Source: Pseudomonadales bacterium (GTDB taxonomy: Bacteria > Pseudomonadota > Gammaproteobacteria > Pseudomonadales > Dasaniaceae). From it: 46,523 nt of DNA. Numbering within the stretch: the stretch's first letter is position 1; every line of letters starts with the position of its first letter. The stretch spans positions 1-46,523 of the forward strand of contig JAZFYA010000072.1 in assembly GCA_036443315.1 (NCBI GenBank), written 5' to 3'. Under the pieces are notes generated by a model. The model was given only the letters and a program-made list of their open reading frames with translations. It was not told the DNA's origin and ran no database searches. Below are positions 1 through 9,335 of the stretch, piece by piece. Made by a program: the position numbers and the translations under genes.

Positions 1-1
1 G

Positions 2-154
2 TTAATTGCTGAAAATTGCGTTGGTCATCGTTCCGGCAGAATTGAACCCAGAGTGGTCAAACGAAGGCCTAAACCTTACTCCCTGCTGATGGTACCAAGA
101 GATGAAGCTAGAAAAACAGTAAAAAAACATGGACACCCCATAAAGCAAAAATAA
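2..154 (+). mobile_element. 3' end of an IS4-family transposase (runs off the left edge)
   Basis: Frame 2 reads LIAENCVGHRSGRIEPRVVKRRPKPYSLLMVPRDEARKTVKKHGHPIKQK*, matching the GRxEPRxVKRRPKPYxLL C-terminal motif of IS4-family transposases. Confidence 0.7.
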
Positions 155-590
155 GGCTTAAATGTCGAAAATATATTTAATTGTATCAACAGCTTACGCT
201 TAAGGAAGTACCATTCGGGTTAAACCGTTTATTGTTAAATCCAACGGCATTAATATTACCCATTACGAGTCCGAAGAAAACGGGCTGTTACGTCTTCTGC
301 ATTACAGAACAAAAAACAACATTCATCCATTCTAGCGGGAGAACGGGCACCAGCAATAGGAGAATGCCAACAAGAACAATTAGCTCTTTTTTAATCCTGA
401 TGAACCAATGGCTCATCAGATGAAAAACCCAGGCAAGAAAGTCATTTATAAGCCCCCATATAATGGTCATATTTGTTTAATCAAATATAAATCATATTCA
501 TTAGACTAATTGCTATGAATGAAACCATACCATCACTTGGGCTTGTTATTTCAGAACCTGAACTTTGGCCTTTACGCAGTATCGTAGGCG

Positions 591-1131
591 ATGAGAGACA
601 AATTGACTGACCGTGTGTATATCTATTCTTGGCACGATATAGACAGGGCAGTTGAAGGTTGCAAGCCTTCTCAACCACCATTTGAGTTATTGATTAGCGT
701 CCCAAGTAAACCAGAATATTTTATCCTCCGTGATCAACCCGAATGTCGAGATTATCATTTTTATCCCTACATAAAGGGTGAGGCGACACTATTTAGCCGA
801 TGCGTAAAGGATATATGTCGAGCAATGTATAACCAAACTAAATTGCAATTTTTCCTTTCAAAAACGGTTGACGGAAAATATATAGTGATTGATTCTTTTT
901 CTTTGAGTGACAATTCACTGGATTACAATGTAATTGCCGTAAAAAAAATCCGTGTACATCTTTAACTCTCTCAATGAGCCCGCAAACGAACGAATTGATT
1001 TCGAAGACGGCTGTTTGGTCATTTCCGCACACCATCTTGCCACTAAACAGCAACAACGGGAAAACACTTCTGTAACAACCTTGCTAAAGGCGAGCTGTCG
1101 GAAGGCACCCTATGTACAGGTATCGACATAA
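591..1131 (+). pseudogene. Hypothetical protein, probably frameshifted at the A8 run (941-948)
   Basis: ORF 591..965; removing one A continues as KKSVYIFNSLNEPANERIDFEDGCLVISAHH... to TAA at 1129-1131. Confidence 0.35.
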
Positions 1132-1483
1132 GCACACTGGCATCCTGACACAGGGGGATATTCACTTTTTAAAATCTAGCCGTGAAAATATCAGCCACAT
1201 GGCCACCCAAGTCTTACATATTCAGTAGAATGCCATAGATATAGCGGACATATTAGACCGATTGGCGCATAGATTAAATTTATTAAAAAATATAGTTAAA
1301 TTCTTAATAATTTTATTCTCGGAATTGTATAACTCAATAAGAACAATAAGGACCGGCTCCTCCGTCAGGTTTGTTTGTTCTTATCACAACTATTGGCCTT
1401 GCTTGCAAGGCCTGTTTTATTACTTGCTCTTAATTTGTGTTGGTAAATGTATTCATAGTGAAAAAATAAAAAGAGGCCCCATC

Positions 1484-2103
1484 ATGAAGTTACTTTCAGC
1501 AACTGGCATTCTTTGGCTCATCATCTCATCAGCAACAGTATTTTCCCAACCGGTCGCGTATTCATTTCAAGCAGACATAGAATCACAAGCTGCAGGCTTG
1601 GAGTGCGGATCGGCCAACGGCCGTTTGATCGGCTCGTTGGTATATGACAGTGAAGCCACGTATCAACGAAATGCGTTTGGTGGCGCTATTTACAGCAAAG
1701 ATAATTCGGTATCGTTTATTTCAATTATATGCACTGATGGGGTCAAACTGGCCTCACCACACACAAATCCAACCAACAGATTTGACGTGTTGATGCTTGG
1801 TCATCTGAATAGCATTGTTTTTAATGCGGAAAACGATACTGTCTCAACCCTTGACGGTGAACTTGCCTACGCTCAGATGTACTTGGTATTCGATGAGGAT
1901 ATAGACAATACCTTGCCAGCTCATTACCACCCATTAGCAGAGTTGCACCAAGCAAGCTTCTTGTGAAAGTGATCGTCGCTGGCAAGCCAAAAACACTGGC
2001 TGCAATAATTACCGAAATGGCACCCCTAACCCACTTTACGCAGGACGAACAACGCACCAATTTGCATCACACGAACAAACAAACACAACGCATCGAGGGT
2101 TAA
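1484..2103 (+). pseudogene. Secreted beta-rich hypothetical protein, probable frameshift near 1915
   Basis: Signal peptide MKLLSATGILWLIISSATVFSQ after GAGG RBS; first frame stops at 1966, second frame SSLPPISRVAPSKLLVKVIVAG... stays open to 2103. Confidence 0.45.
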
Positions 2104-2232
2104 AGCACTTTTTTATCTTTTAATGTCGCGCTGGAACCGTTCCACTTCTTTTTTCGCAATGTCTCCCGCTTGTCGCGCCTTCTTCAGCAACCATTGCGTC
2201 TTAGGGTGCCCTTTTACTTTTTTAAAGACTCG

Positions 2233-3000
2233 TTATATATCACTGGTTAAACCTTTATAGGATTCCAGGGATCGCTCAATATCATCGGGCAGCAAAGCGA
2301 AAAGGTCAGCGTTAATACGCGACTCAATTTCATCGACAGCTACCCTATAGGGATGATGGACGAGAGCACTACCGTCATTCGGGATGATGTAAGCATGGGC
2401 GATGCCGCTATTCAACTCAACCATTATTTTAAAGAAGTGGCTGGGAACAGCCGTACCATTGGGTAGGCGTGGCAGGCCCAGTGTATATCCATACATTGGG
2501 CCAGATACAACTATTAATTGACCGCTAGAACCTTTGCTCACTAACCCCCGTTCTACGTCCTCAAGTGAGCGCCAAGCTCCGTGTCGATTCAGTTTAGGAT
2601 TCATCGGTACAATGTTGGTCATAAGAAACGACTGTCTAAGGGCCAACAGAGTTGAGTCCGATGACGCGGCAGATAGTAAATGCCCTCGATCAAACCCAGT
2701 ACCGAAATAATCACCCTCACGTACCCTATATTGACTCGGGATCTCTGTATCAGCTTTATACTCGCTACCGTTTCCACGGCGTGTAGCTTGGTTGCTATGC
2801 GTTGTAACACTATTTAGATAATACATAATATAAGCAGGGTTCATATGTTCATACGAATACCCCGCTAGATACCCGCTACGGCATATAACTTGATCCCCAA
2901 GGGTGGGCACACCATACATTGCATGATGACCACAGGTTGTACCGGCATCAAGTGACGATGAAATGAAAATAACGATTATTACTGCTAACTGTTTTCTCAT
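2233..3000 (-). CDS. Secreted DNA/RNA non-specific endonuclease (NucA/EndoG family)
   Basis: Signal peptide; DRGH active site; SFLMTNIVPMNPKLNRHGAW and VPSHFFKI motifs. Confidence 0.9.
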   Translation of the reverse strand: MRKQLAVIIVIFISSSLDAGTTCGHHAMYGVPTLGDQVICRSGYLAGYSYEHMNPAYIMYYLNSVTTHSNQATRRGNGSEYKADTEIPSQYRVREGDYFGTGFDRGHLLSAASSDSTLLALRQSFLMTNIVPMNPKLNRHGAWRSLEDVERGLVSKGSSGQLIVVSGPMYGYTLGLPRLPNGTAVPSHFFKIMVELNSGIAHAYIIPNDGSALVHHPYRVAVDEIESRINADLFALLPDDIERSLESYKGLTSDI

Positions 3001-3150
3001 TGACCCTACTCCAATAACTTACAGGTAGTATGGCCGAAAATATTTCTTTCACAATGCGGAGTTTTTTACGATATTTACGCAAAAATCCTGCAATTTTATA
3101 CCTCAAAATTGTGTTAATAGATGAAAGAGGCACTTTATTCGAGGAATAGC

Positions 3151-3543
3151 ATGGCTAACATACTCATTGTTGATGACTCAATACTGGATGCTTCCAGGGC
3201 AACAATGCTACTTACCCGGCAAAATCACCACTGTACACACGCGATATCAGCTGAACAAGCACTGGAAATCTTGGCAAACGGTATCGTGCCTGACGTCATC
3301 CTTATGGATCTTGTCATGGAGGGTATGAATGGATTTCAAGCGATTCGAATCATCCGAAAACTCAAGAGGTATGAAAACGTGCCTATTGTTATAGTCTCTG
3401 GAAAAGGAAGTCCAACCGACAAAATCTGGGCCGGGAGCACTGGTGCCAATGACTACCTAGTTAAGCCGGTTATCGAAGCCACATTAATTCCATGTATTGA
3501 TAAAGTTATTCAGAGCACGCCATGTGCAGGAGCCATCGAATGA
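3151..3543 (+). CDS. pilH: Single-domain response regulator, PilH-like
   Basis: MANILIVDDS, PDVILMDLVM, SGKGSPTDKIWA, GANDYLVKP; the D-K-x-W motif is typical of PilH; GAGG RBS before ATG 3151. Confidence 0.8.
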   Translation: MANILIVDDSILDASRATMLLTRQNHHCTHAISAEQALEILANGIVPDVILMDLVMEGMNGFQAIRIIRKLKRYENVPIVIVSGKGSPTDKIWAGSTGANDYLVKPVIEATLIPCIDKVIQSTPCAGAIE

Positions 3544-4208
3544 AACGAGCTTTTACTACGCTACTATTGCTCATCACTACTTCACTTAGTATCGGAGATA
3601 CACCCGTCATCCCCGATATTGTGAAACCGATGGTTGATGAGCTCAACGTCATTATTGACAGTCATTATCATTACAACGCCCAGTGCCCAATGAATTGGGA
3701 AATAACCCCCGAAACGTTTGCTGATCGTTTAACTAACATACGGGCTACACCAAATTATCACATTGCAATGTCTTTGTATCACAACGACAAAACAGCTATG
3801 GGTGAGTCCTTTGTGCTTGAGCACCCAGAACACTTCCAGAACGAAGCGACATTTTACGACGATAAAGAGGTGATTTGGTACCTCGATGATCTGAAGGGTG
3901 TTGCCGGCAAGCCGGAAACTTACTACCTGGTTACTAATAGCACAGACACTGGCTATCGGATGGGTGTAGGACGTCCACGCTTATCAGACTCGGAAGTCAC
4001 TGTCTGCATCTTCGCTTATCACCTCATGCATGATCATTTTGAAATTACGCCAACCACCTCGGGGATCATGACTTCAAAACCGGTTATGCGCCTAGCAATA
4101 TTTTCACGACCAGTAACTATTCCCAATGGCGGCAAGAGTCAGTTTAGATTTTCATCGGGTGACGATGAATTTGTGGGCACGATCACTATGAATGTTAAGG
4201 GAAAGTAG
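3540..4208 (+). CDS. Secreted hypothetical protein
   Basis: ATGA overlap with previous stop; signal peptide MKRAFTTLLLLITTSLSIG. Confidence 0.75.
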   Translation: MKRAFTTLLLLITTSLSIGDTPVIPDIVKPMVDELNVIIDSHYHYNAQCPMNWEITPETFADRLTNIRATPNYHIAMSLYHNDKTAMGESFVLEHPEHFQNEATFYDDKEVIWYLDDLKGVAGKPETYYLVTNSTDTGYRMGVGRPRLSDSEVTVCIFAYHLMHDHFEITPTTSGIMTSKPVMRLAIFSRPVTIPNGGKSQFRFSSGDDEFVGTITMNVKGK

Positions 4209-4212
4209 CGTC

Positions 4213-4686
4213 ATGCTTAAATTACAACACTTTCTAGCCCCGCTCACCATTGTCTTTTCTGTTCCTGCGATGGGTGACAATATAGTAGTTTATGTTGCCA
4301 ACGCCTCAACATTTAAAGTTACCGAAGAAGAATATTCAGTCACAGGCGAAGATATCTATATTGATTTGCAGAAAACTTTTGAGTTTCCATCAGGAGCCTA
4401 CAAAACAGACGGTGACTACTCGTGCACGGTTGATATCTACAAGACCGGATTAGTTGTTGGTTTAAAGCCAATCTCTCAACACCCCAAAGGCCAAACATTC
4501 GATTTGTACGGTTACATGTCAACGTTTGAACGACTTGAGACTATTAAGAACTTAGCGTGTGGACCAGTTCAAAAGGCACATATTAAGCAAACCAAGTTCT
4601 CAAGAAAGTTGACATTAAATTACAATGAGCCGGTCAATTTAATCATCGACCGTAATTACTCGCTACTTTTTTCTCTAAGGAAATAG
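4213..4686 (+). CDS. Secreted hypothetical protein, probable paralog of the upstream gene
   Basis: Signal peptide MLKLQHFLAPLTIVFSVPAMG; shares a TG..G..P / FSR.xT pattern with 3540..4208. Confidence 0.75.
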   Translation: MLKLQHFLAPLTIVFSVPAMGDNIVVYVANASTFKVTEEEYSVTGEDIYIDLQKTFEFPSGAYKTDGDYSCTVDIYKTGLVVGLKPISQHPKGQTFDLYGYMSTFERLETIKNLACGPVQKAHIKQTKFSRKLTLNYNEPVNLIIDRNYSLLFSLRK

Positions 4687-4691
4687 AATAT

Positions 4692-5396
4692 ATGCCTTGG
4701 TTTAATGGGTTTATAGATTTCTCTCACGGGCAGGTTTGTCATTTCTGCAGCAGGCCTTTGCCTTCTGGAAAAGTCCTTTTCCTGCACCAAGACCGAGGTG
4801 ACCCACCCGTTCCTGCTGGACCAGTGTGTGGTATAAAACACGCAGGTAAAAAAAATAGTGACACCCCTGACATTGCTAGCCAAATCATCATTGATGGTTT
4901 TACACAACCAACTCTAAATAATCCCGATAAAACTACAAAAATACAGGCTATCGAATATCTTGTACTAAGAGGCAATCGTCTGGCGGACGCCCGTGGGATC
5001 GGCATGCCAAAATTGAAGTTGTTATACCTTAAGTACCTGTCCAATAAGCTAGCGGACGACGATATTAGATATCTGATCAACTTGAATGAACATAACAAGT
5101 CTAAGTTGCCAACTCTAACTCTGGACAACCTAAAATCTTGTTACGTTTATCACTACTGGATAGGAGTAGCGCTTAAACAAGCCAATGATGCGGGCGTATC
5201 CTTTCTAAAAGACATCGATAAATACTTGCTGGAAAACCTTTTTCTTTCTAACGGTCAAATTCTGAGTTTAAACAACTGGTTTGGCTATTTGAATGGAATC
5301 CCTGACTTAGAACCTGCGATGTTTGTAGAACAAATTAAACGTTCCCATGCTAACCGAAAAAAAGATACAAAGTCAGTATATGACAAAAGCTGCTGA
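4692..5396 (+). CDS. Hypothetical protein with N-terminal Zn-binding motif
   Basis: CHFC...GPVCGIKH; tightly packed in operon. Confidence 0.75.
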   Translation: MPWFNGFIDFSHGQVCHFCSRPLPSGKVLFLHQDRGDPPVPAGPVCGIKHAGKKNSDTPDIASQIIIDGFTQPTLNNPDKTTKIQAIEYLVLRGNRLADARGIGMPKLKLLYLKYLSNKLADDDIRYLINLNEHNKSKLPTLTLDNLKSCYVYHYWIGVALKQANDAGVSFLKDIDKYLLENLFLSNGQILSLNNWFGYLNGIPDLEPAMFVEQIKRSHANRKKDTKSVYDKSC

Positions 5397-6156
5397 TAAC
5401 AGTGAGTCCAAGCTGTACGATCCAGCCCAATTACTGGGTTTTGATATGTATAAGAGCGTTGACCTTAAAACAGGTCAGCCATCACCAGTACCCGATCATT
5501 ATATCTCACTCCTTCATTATGCCGAGTCTGAAAAATACCGTTGTGTCGATGAAAGATACCGACAATATATACTATCACTTGTAGATAGTAATGAAATTAT
5601 TCTTGAGTGTTCAGGTATTTCTAATCCTAGTGCTCGCTCCGATTGGTTAAATATCAGAACACCTGTTTTGACTGCAGGTCTTTGGTCCCAAATACAACAA
5701 AACCGACACGAGCTTTCTTACTTCGCTTCTACTCCCAACATCGACACAACAATACCTGCGATATCCAGCCCAATTACTACGGTATTATCCTGGTATAGCG
5801 CTATCGCCGGGATAAATCGGGTTTGTGTTATGGGTCCGGCTAATTTTAAAGGACCTCTTTATAATAATGACAAGGTTTCCAAAGGCCTACAAGATGCATC
5901 ACCGCACGAAGTGATCCTTTTTATGAACGCGAACTTTTCAAGTCTTATCAACAACATTTGTCTCAATTATTTCTTCTCTATTGCATGGTCTCGATTACGG
6001 CCAAAAGACACGATTAAAGACCAAATCTTGCGTGTTGTGCAATATTGCACCAGTGGCATTATTTTCCTCTATGAAGAAGAAGCGCACATGCAATATTTTG
6101 GCTCCATTATGGCCAACGCAAAAAAAGAGGTTAAATACATAAGGATTAGCCCATGA
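5380..6156 (+). CDS. Hypothetical protein
   Basis: Long ORF (could start at 5347) overlapping both neighbours. Confidence 0.7.
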   Translation: MTKAADNSESKLYDPAQLLGFDMYKSVDLKTGQPSPVPDHYISLLHYAESEKYRCVDERYRQYILSLVDSNEIILECSGISNPSARSDWLNIRTPVLTAGLWSQIQQNRHELSYFASTPNIDTTIPAISSPITTVLSWYSAIAGINRVCVMGPANFKGPLYNNDKVSKGLQDASPHEVILFMNANFSSLINNICLNYFFSIAWSRLRPKDTIKDQILRVVQYCTSGIIFLYEEEAHMQYFGSIMANAKKEVKYIRISP

Positions 6157-7094
6157 TCCGCTCTCTGGCTGCTCTACTATTTATGATCACCTTTCATGCA
6201 TCAGCTGTGGCTGATCTATGTTTTAAAATAACGTGTTTTAATGCATTAGTATCCAGTCACCTACCCAGCCCCATTAGCACTCACCAAGAACTTAATTTTG
6301 TAGGTAGTTATGCGGCGACCTCTCGAATGCTTGGGCTTAATAAGCCCTACCGGCCTCGGTTAGATGAAGATCAACAGAATATTTACGCATCTTACATACA
6401 AGCCGGGGAAGTATTAGCGCATTTATACGAGGGAAATAAACCCCCAATCGATACATTCATTGCGGCGAACTCCGCTATCCATTTATGGTATTTGAATAAC
6501 CTGGCACGGATCCAAGTAACACAAATGAACAATGACAGCCTAATTAAAACACTCGATGACATACTGCTGCTCTCAGAACAATATTACATTGAACGACTTT
6601 TAGATCTACGTCTAAACCATTTACTTCGACTTGGAGACTCAGAATCTGCCGACGCATTGTTTGCTTATCTCGACAGATCAGGCATAACTTCAGCAAGTGG
6701 CGAAAAAGCTATGATGATAAGTGCGGATGTAGTTCTATATTACCTCGCTTACAACTATCTTTCAGACGCAAGGGTGCAGCACGCACGTAACTACAAACGG
6801 TTTAACCATGAGTACAACTGGTTCAATGTTGCTTTGAGATACCGCTCGCTCCAGGCAGCTTATCAGGGGAAAGACCCCAGTAGTCAATATGATCAAATAA
6901 TAGGCGAGCGTGGGTATGCAGACACGCTATTTACACTGGCGGTTTACTACAAAATCCGGAAGGAGCAGCACGAACTCGATAAGATCCTCAGCAAGCTTCA
7001 TAAACACCTATCAGAGAGTAGTGATGAGCTGGATAGCTCCTTCATTGCAACTTTAGCGCTCGATGTCATTGATCGTATTTATGTATCTAAATAA
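6153..7094 (+). CDS. Secreted all-helical (TPR-like) hypothetical protein
   Basis: ATGA overlap; signal peptide MIRSLAALLFMITFHASAVA; helical repeat pattern. Confidence 0.7.
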   Translation: MIRSLAALLFMITFHASAVADLCFKITCFNALVSSHLPSPISTHQELNFVGSYAATSRMLGLNKPYRPRLDEDQQNIYASYIQAGEVLAHLYEGNKPPIDTFIAANSAIHLWYLNNLARIQVTQMNNDSLIKTLDDILLLSEQYYIERLLDLRLNHLLRLGDSESADALFAYLDRSGITSASGEKAMMISADVVLYYLAYNYLSDARVQHARNYKRFNHEYNWFNVALRYRSLQAAYQGKDPSSQYDQIIGERGYADTLFTLAVYYKIRKEQHELDKILSKLHKHLSESSDELDSSFIATLALDVIDRIYVSK

Positions 7095-7107
7095 TTCCAC
7101 TAACAGG

Positions 7108-7136
7108 GTTCTGCCACATCCTGAGGCACATATTAT
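7108..7136 (+). promoter_or_regulatory. GTTCTGCCACA-N12-TATTAT promoter-like motif, copy 1 (upstream of sigma gene)
   Basis: Identical 11-mer and same spacing to a TANNNT hexamer at 8871 and 12497. Confidence 0.65.
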
Positions 7137-7164
7137 CTCCATATCAACATGGAGTACTAATACA

Positions 7165-8526
7165 ATGACTACCGTGAAACAAGCTGTTAACGACAGCAAT
7201 ACTCGTAGCCATGATTCAACGGGTGGATTTACCGTTCCAAGCGTTACCCTATATATCGGGCACTTAATACACGAGCTGTCTCAGAATCACCGGTTTCTTA
7301 CACACGAGGAAGATACTGAACTTGGTTACCTCATGCTCCGTGGCCGAAGCCACCTAATCCGGTCTTGGTCTGCTCTTCCTTCTGTCGTAATCCCATTTCT
7401 ACTCGATGTAGAACAGGCATTGGTTGTCGGAAAGTCTCTTCGAACCATGGTTTCATTAATTCACAGTCGTAATGGGCGCTGGATTCGTTTAGAAAAAAAT
7501 AATCGTGAAGTATTCGATGCAACTACTGCGAACGAGGTGCGGATTGCACTTAATTTATCAAAGGATATTGGAAAGCACGCGCCTGGCAGCGTGGCCTCAG
7601 AATCTGCCCATGCCCTTTTTTCTGAGCAGTGCGCACGCATCATTCCACACTATTCAGTGATACCAGAAATTGATAAGGGCTTTCTTACCGCTAGCGACAA
7701 AATTAAAAGGGCATATGATGAATTTTGCTCACTGCTCACCAACTCACTGGGAATTCCCGAAGTGATGGCCACCGATATTGCGTTATCCTGCAATACAATG
7801 CCCCGCTTTAAGAAACGTCTTGGTAGGATTGCGGGGCCTGTTCTGGATCGAACCGACACCTGGTCGGCCATGATGGAAGGTATCAAAACCTTTTGGCATA
7901 AGCTCGGTTGCTTTGAGCTTGCCTCCGGTGAGTCTCCGAGGTTTCTACTGTACATGATCAGTTATTACAATGAAGGTAAGGCGACGATAGCAGGTGTAAT
8001 TTCTGCCTTTTCGATTGCAAATCAAGGTCTCGTTCACCAAGTGGCTAACGGGTATCTTCAATATGCAAACTGTCCCGACGAACTTGCTCAAGCGGGTCAA
8101 ACTGGATTGATGCGTGCGGCGTACCGCTATGCTCCAGAAATGGGCTTTAGATTCACATCATTGGCAAAACAATGGATTCGTGAGGAGGTATCGAAAGAAA
8201 CACGTTCAAATAAAAACTTTATCCCGCTGGATGACCTGATGGATGATGTTGAAGATGAACACTGCCCGGTATCCGACATAGAGGATAAACAAAGCCTGGC
8301 CACGATAGTGAAGGTTTTAAAGAAGTATTTATCGGAGCAAGAGGCTAGCCTTCTTATTCGTAACTATGGCCTCTTCCAAGAAAAAGCAAGTTATGTGCAA
8401 CTTGCTAAGGAAAACGACATATCGGATACGCGAGTTAAACAGATATGTAAGATAGCTATGCAGAAAATTCGACAATCCCCAGCTGCAGAACAACTTGCCA
8501 TAATCTTGGAGGGCAGCCTGTCATGA
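7165..8526 (+). CDS. Divergent sigma-70 family RNA polymerase sigma factor (RpoD-like, region 3 largely missing)
   Basis: Region 1.2-like LTHEEDTELG; region 2 ANQGLVHQVA...DELAQAGQTGLMRAAYRYAPEMGFRFTSLAKQWIR; region 4 LSEQEASLLIRNYGL...ISDTRVKQI; GGAG RBS at 7151. Confidence 0.85.
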   Translation: MTTVKQAVNDSNTRSHDSTGGFTVPSVTLYIGHLIHELSQNHRFLTHEEDTELGYLMLRGRSHLIRSWSALPSVVIPFLLDVEQALVVGKSLRTMVSLIHSRNGRWIRLEKNNREVFDATTANEVRIALNLSKDIGKHAPGSVASESAHALFSEQCARIIPHYSVIPEIDKGFLTASDKIKRAYDEFCSLLTNSLGIPEVMATDIALSCNTMPRFKKRLGRIAGPVLDRTDTWSAMMEGIKTFWHKLGCFELASGESPRFLLYMISYYNEGKATIAGVISAFSIANQGLVHQVANGYLQYANCPDELAQAGQTGLMRAAYRYAPEMGFRFTSLAKQWIREEVSKETRSNKNFIPLDDLMDDVEDEHCPVSDIEDKQSLATIVKVLKKYLSEQEASLLIRNYGLFQEKASYVQLAKENDISDTRVKQICKIAMQKIRQSPAAEQLAIILEGSLS

Positions 8527-8870
8527 AACACAGCCAATCGAAAACTACTTACATGCCGGTTCCACGAGAGCTGGTTTGTTTCGACGGCCACTACGGACAA
8601 TTCCTTGCCGATTCTTTGACTCGCCCAGGTTTTTTCCTTATTCGCTTCGAGACAGAACGTATTCTTCAAGCATTCACGGAGTCTTTTTCAGCTGCAGGCA
8701 TTTCTGTATATGAACAAGGCCCGCTGATGATTGAAGCTCCTTCAAAGGTGTTGCTTTGGGCATCAAAAGAAGCCATTAATACAACGCCAGAGATGAGCTA
8801 CAGGATGATCGGTGCCCAACGTCTTAAGCTTAGTTTACCAAATTGGGTATATCAGCAAGGAGGCGAGTAA
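8523..8870 (+). CDS. Hypothetical protein translationally coupled to the sigma gene
   Basis: ATGA overlap with sigma stop; 115 aa. Confidence 0.65.
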   Translation: MKHSQSKTTYMPVPRELVCFDGHYGQFLADSLTRPGFFLIRFETERILQAFTESFSAAGISVYEQGPLMIEAPSKVLLWASKEAINTTPEMSYRMIGAQRLKLSLPNWVYQQGGE

Positions 8871-8899
8871 GTTCTGCCACACGTGCTGCACGGTATAGT
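8871..8899 (+). promoter_or_regulatory. GTTCTGCCACA-N12-TATAGT promoter-like motif, copy 2
   Basis: Starts immediately after the stop codon at 8870; same spacing as the other copies. Confidence 0.6.
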
Positions 8900-9097
8900 G
8901 ATTCAAAACCTAAAGGAAACGTAATTTTAAGTAAGTTTCTATTTGACTTGCTTAGTATTCAAAATGTGGGATGTTAGAGAGAATATCATTAATCAGAAGG
9001 GAAGAAAATTGCTCATGGGAATTTCAGAAATAGAAACTGTAATGCAAGATGCATATTCGGTAAATTACGAAGTTCTAAATTAAAGGAAATATGGAAG

Positions 9098-9303
9098 ATG
9101 GCAGAACAAATACCCTATACATGCACAGACTGTGATGGAAAGTTTACTGTATCATAATATGTCCATGAGGATTCTAGACGCTATATCGAATGTGAATGTG
9201 GAGGAAAATAAGAGCCTTGATTGTGGCTAGATGGCATGAAGAAGTAGAAGAGTCAAGAGAAATACACATCCATACCCATATGACTTGGATTGACCAACCT
9301 TAA
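9098..9303 (+). pseudogene. Decayed small zinc-ribbon protein
   Basis: MAEQIPYTCTDCDGKFTVS*YVHEDSRRYIECECGGK, then a shifted frame IRALIVARWHEE...DQP*. Confidence 0.4.
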
Positions 9304-9335
9304 AATGATATTTTTAAATAAAGGAAAGAAAAATT

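Noticed and set aside
181-681. Short ORFs after the IS4 fragment
   Set aside because: Overlapping, short and without recognisable motifs; 288..470 may be a membrane-protein remnant but cannot be supported
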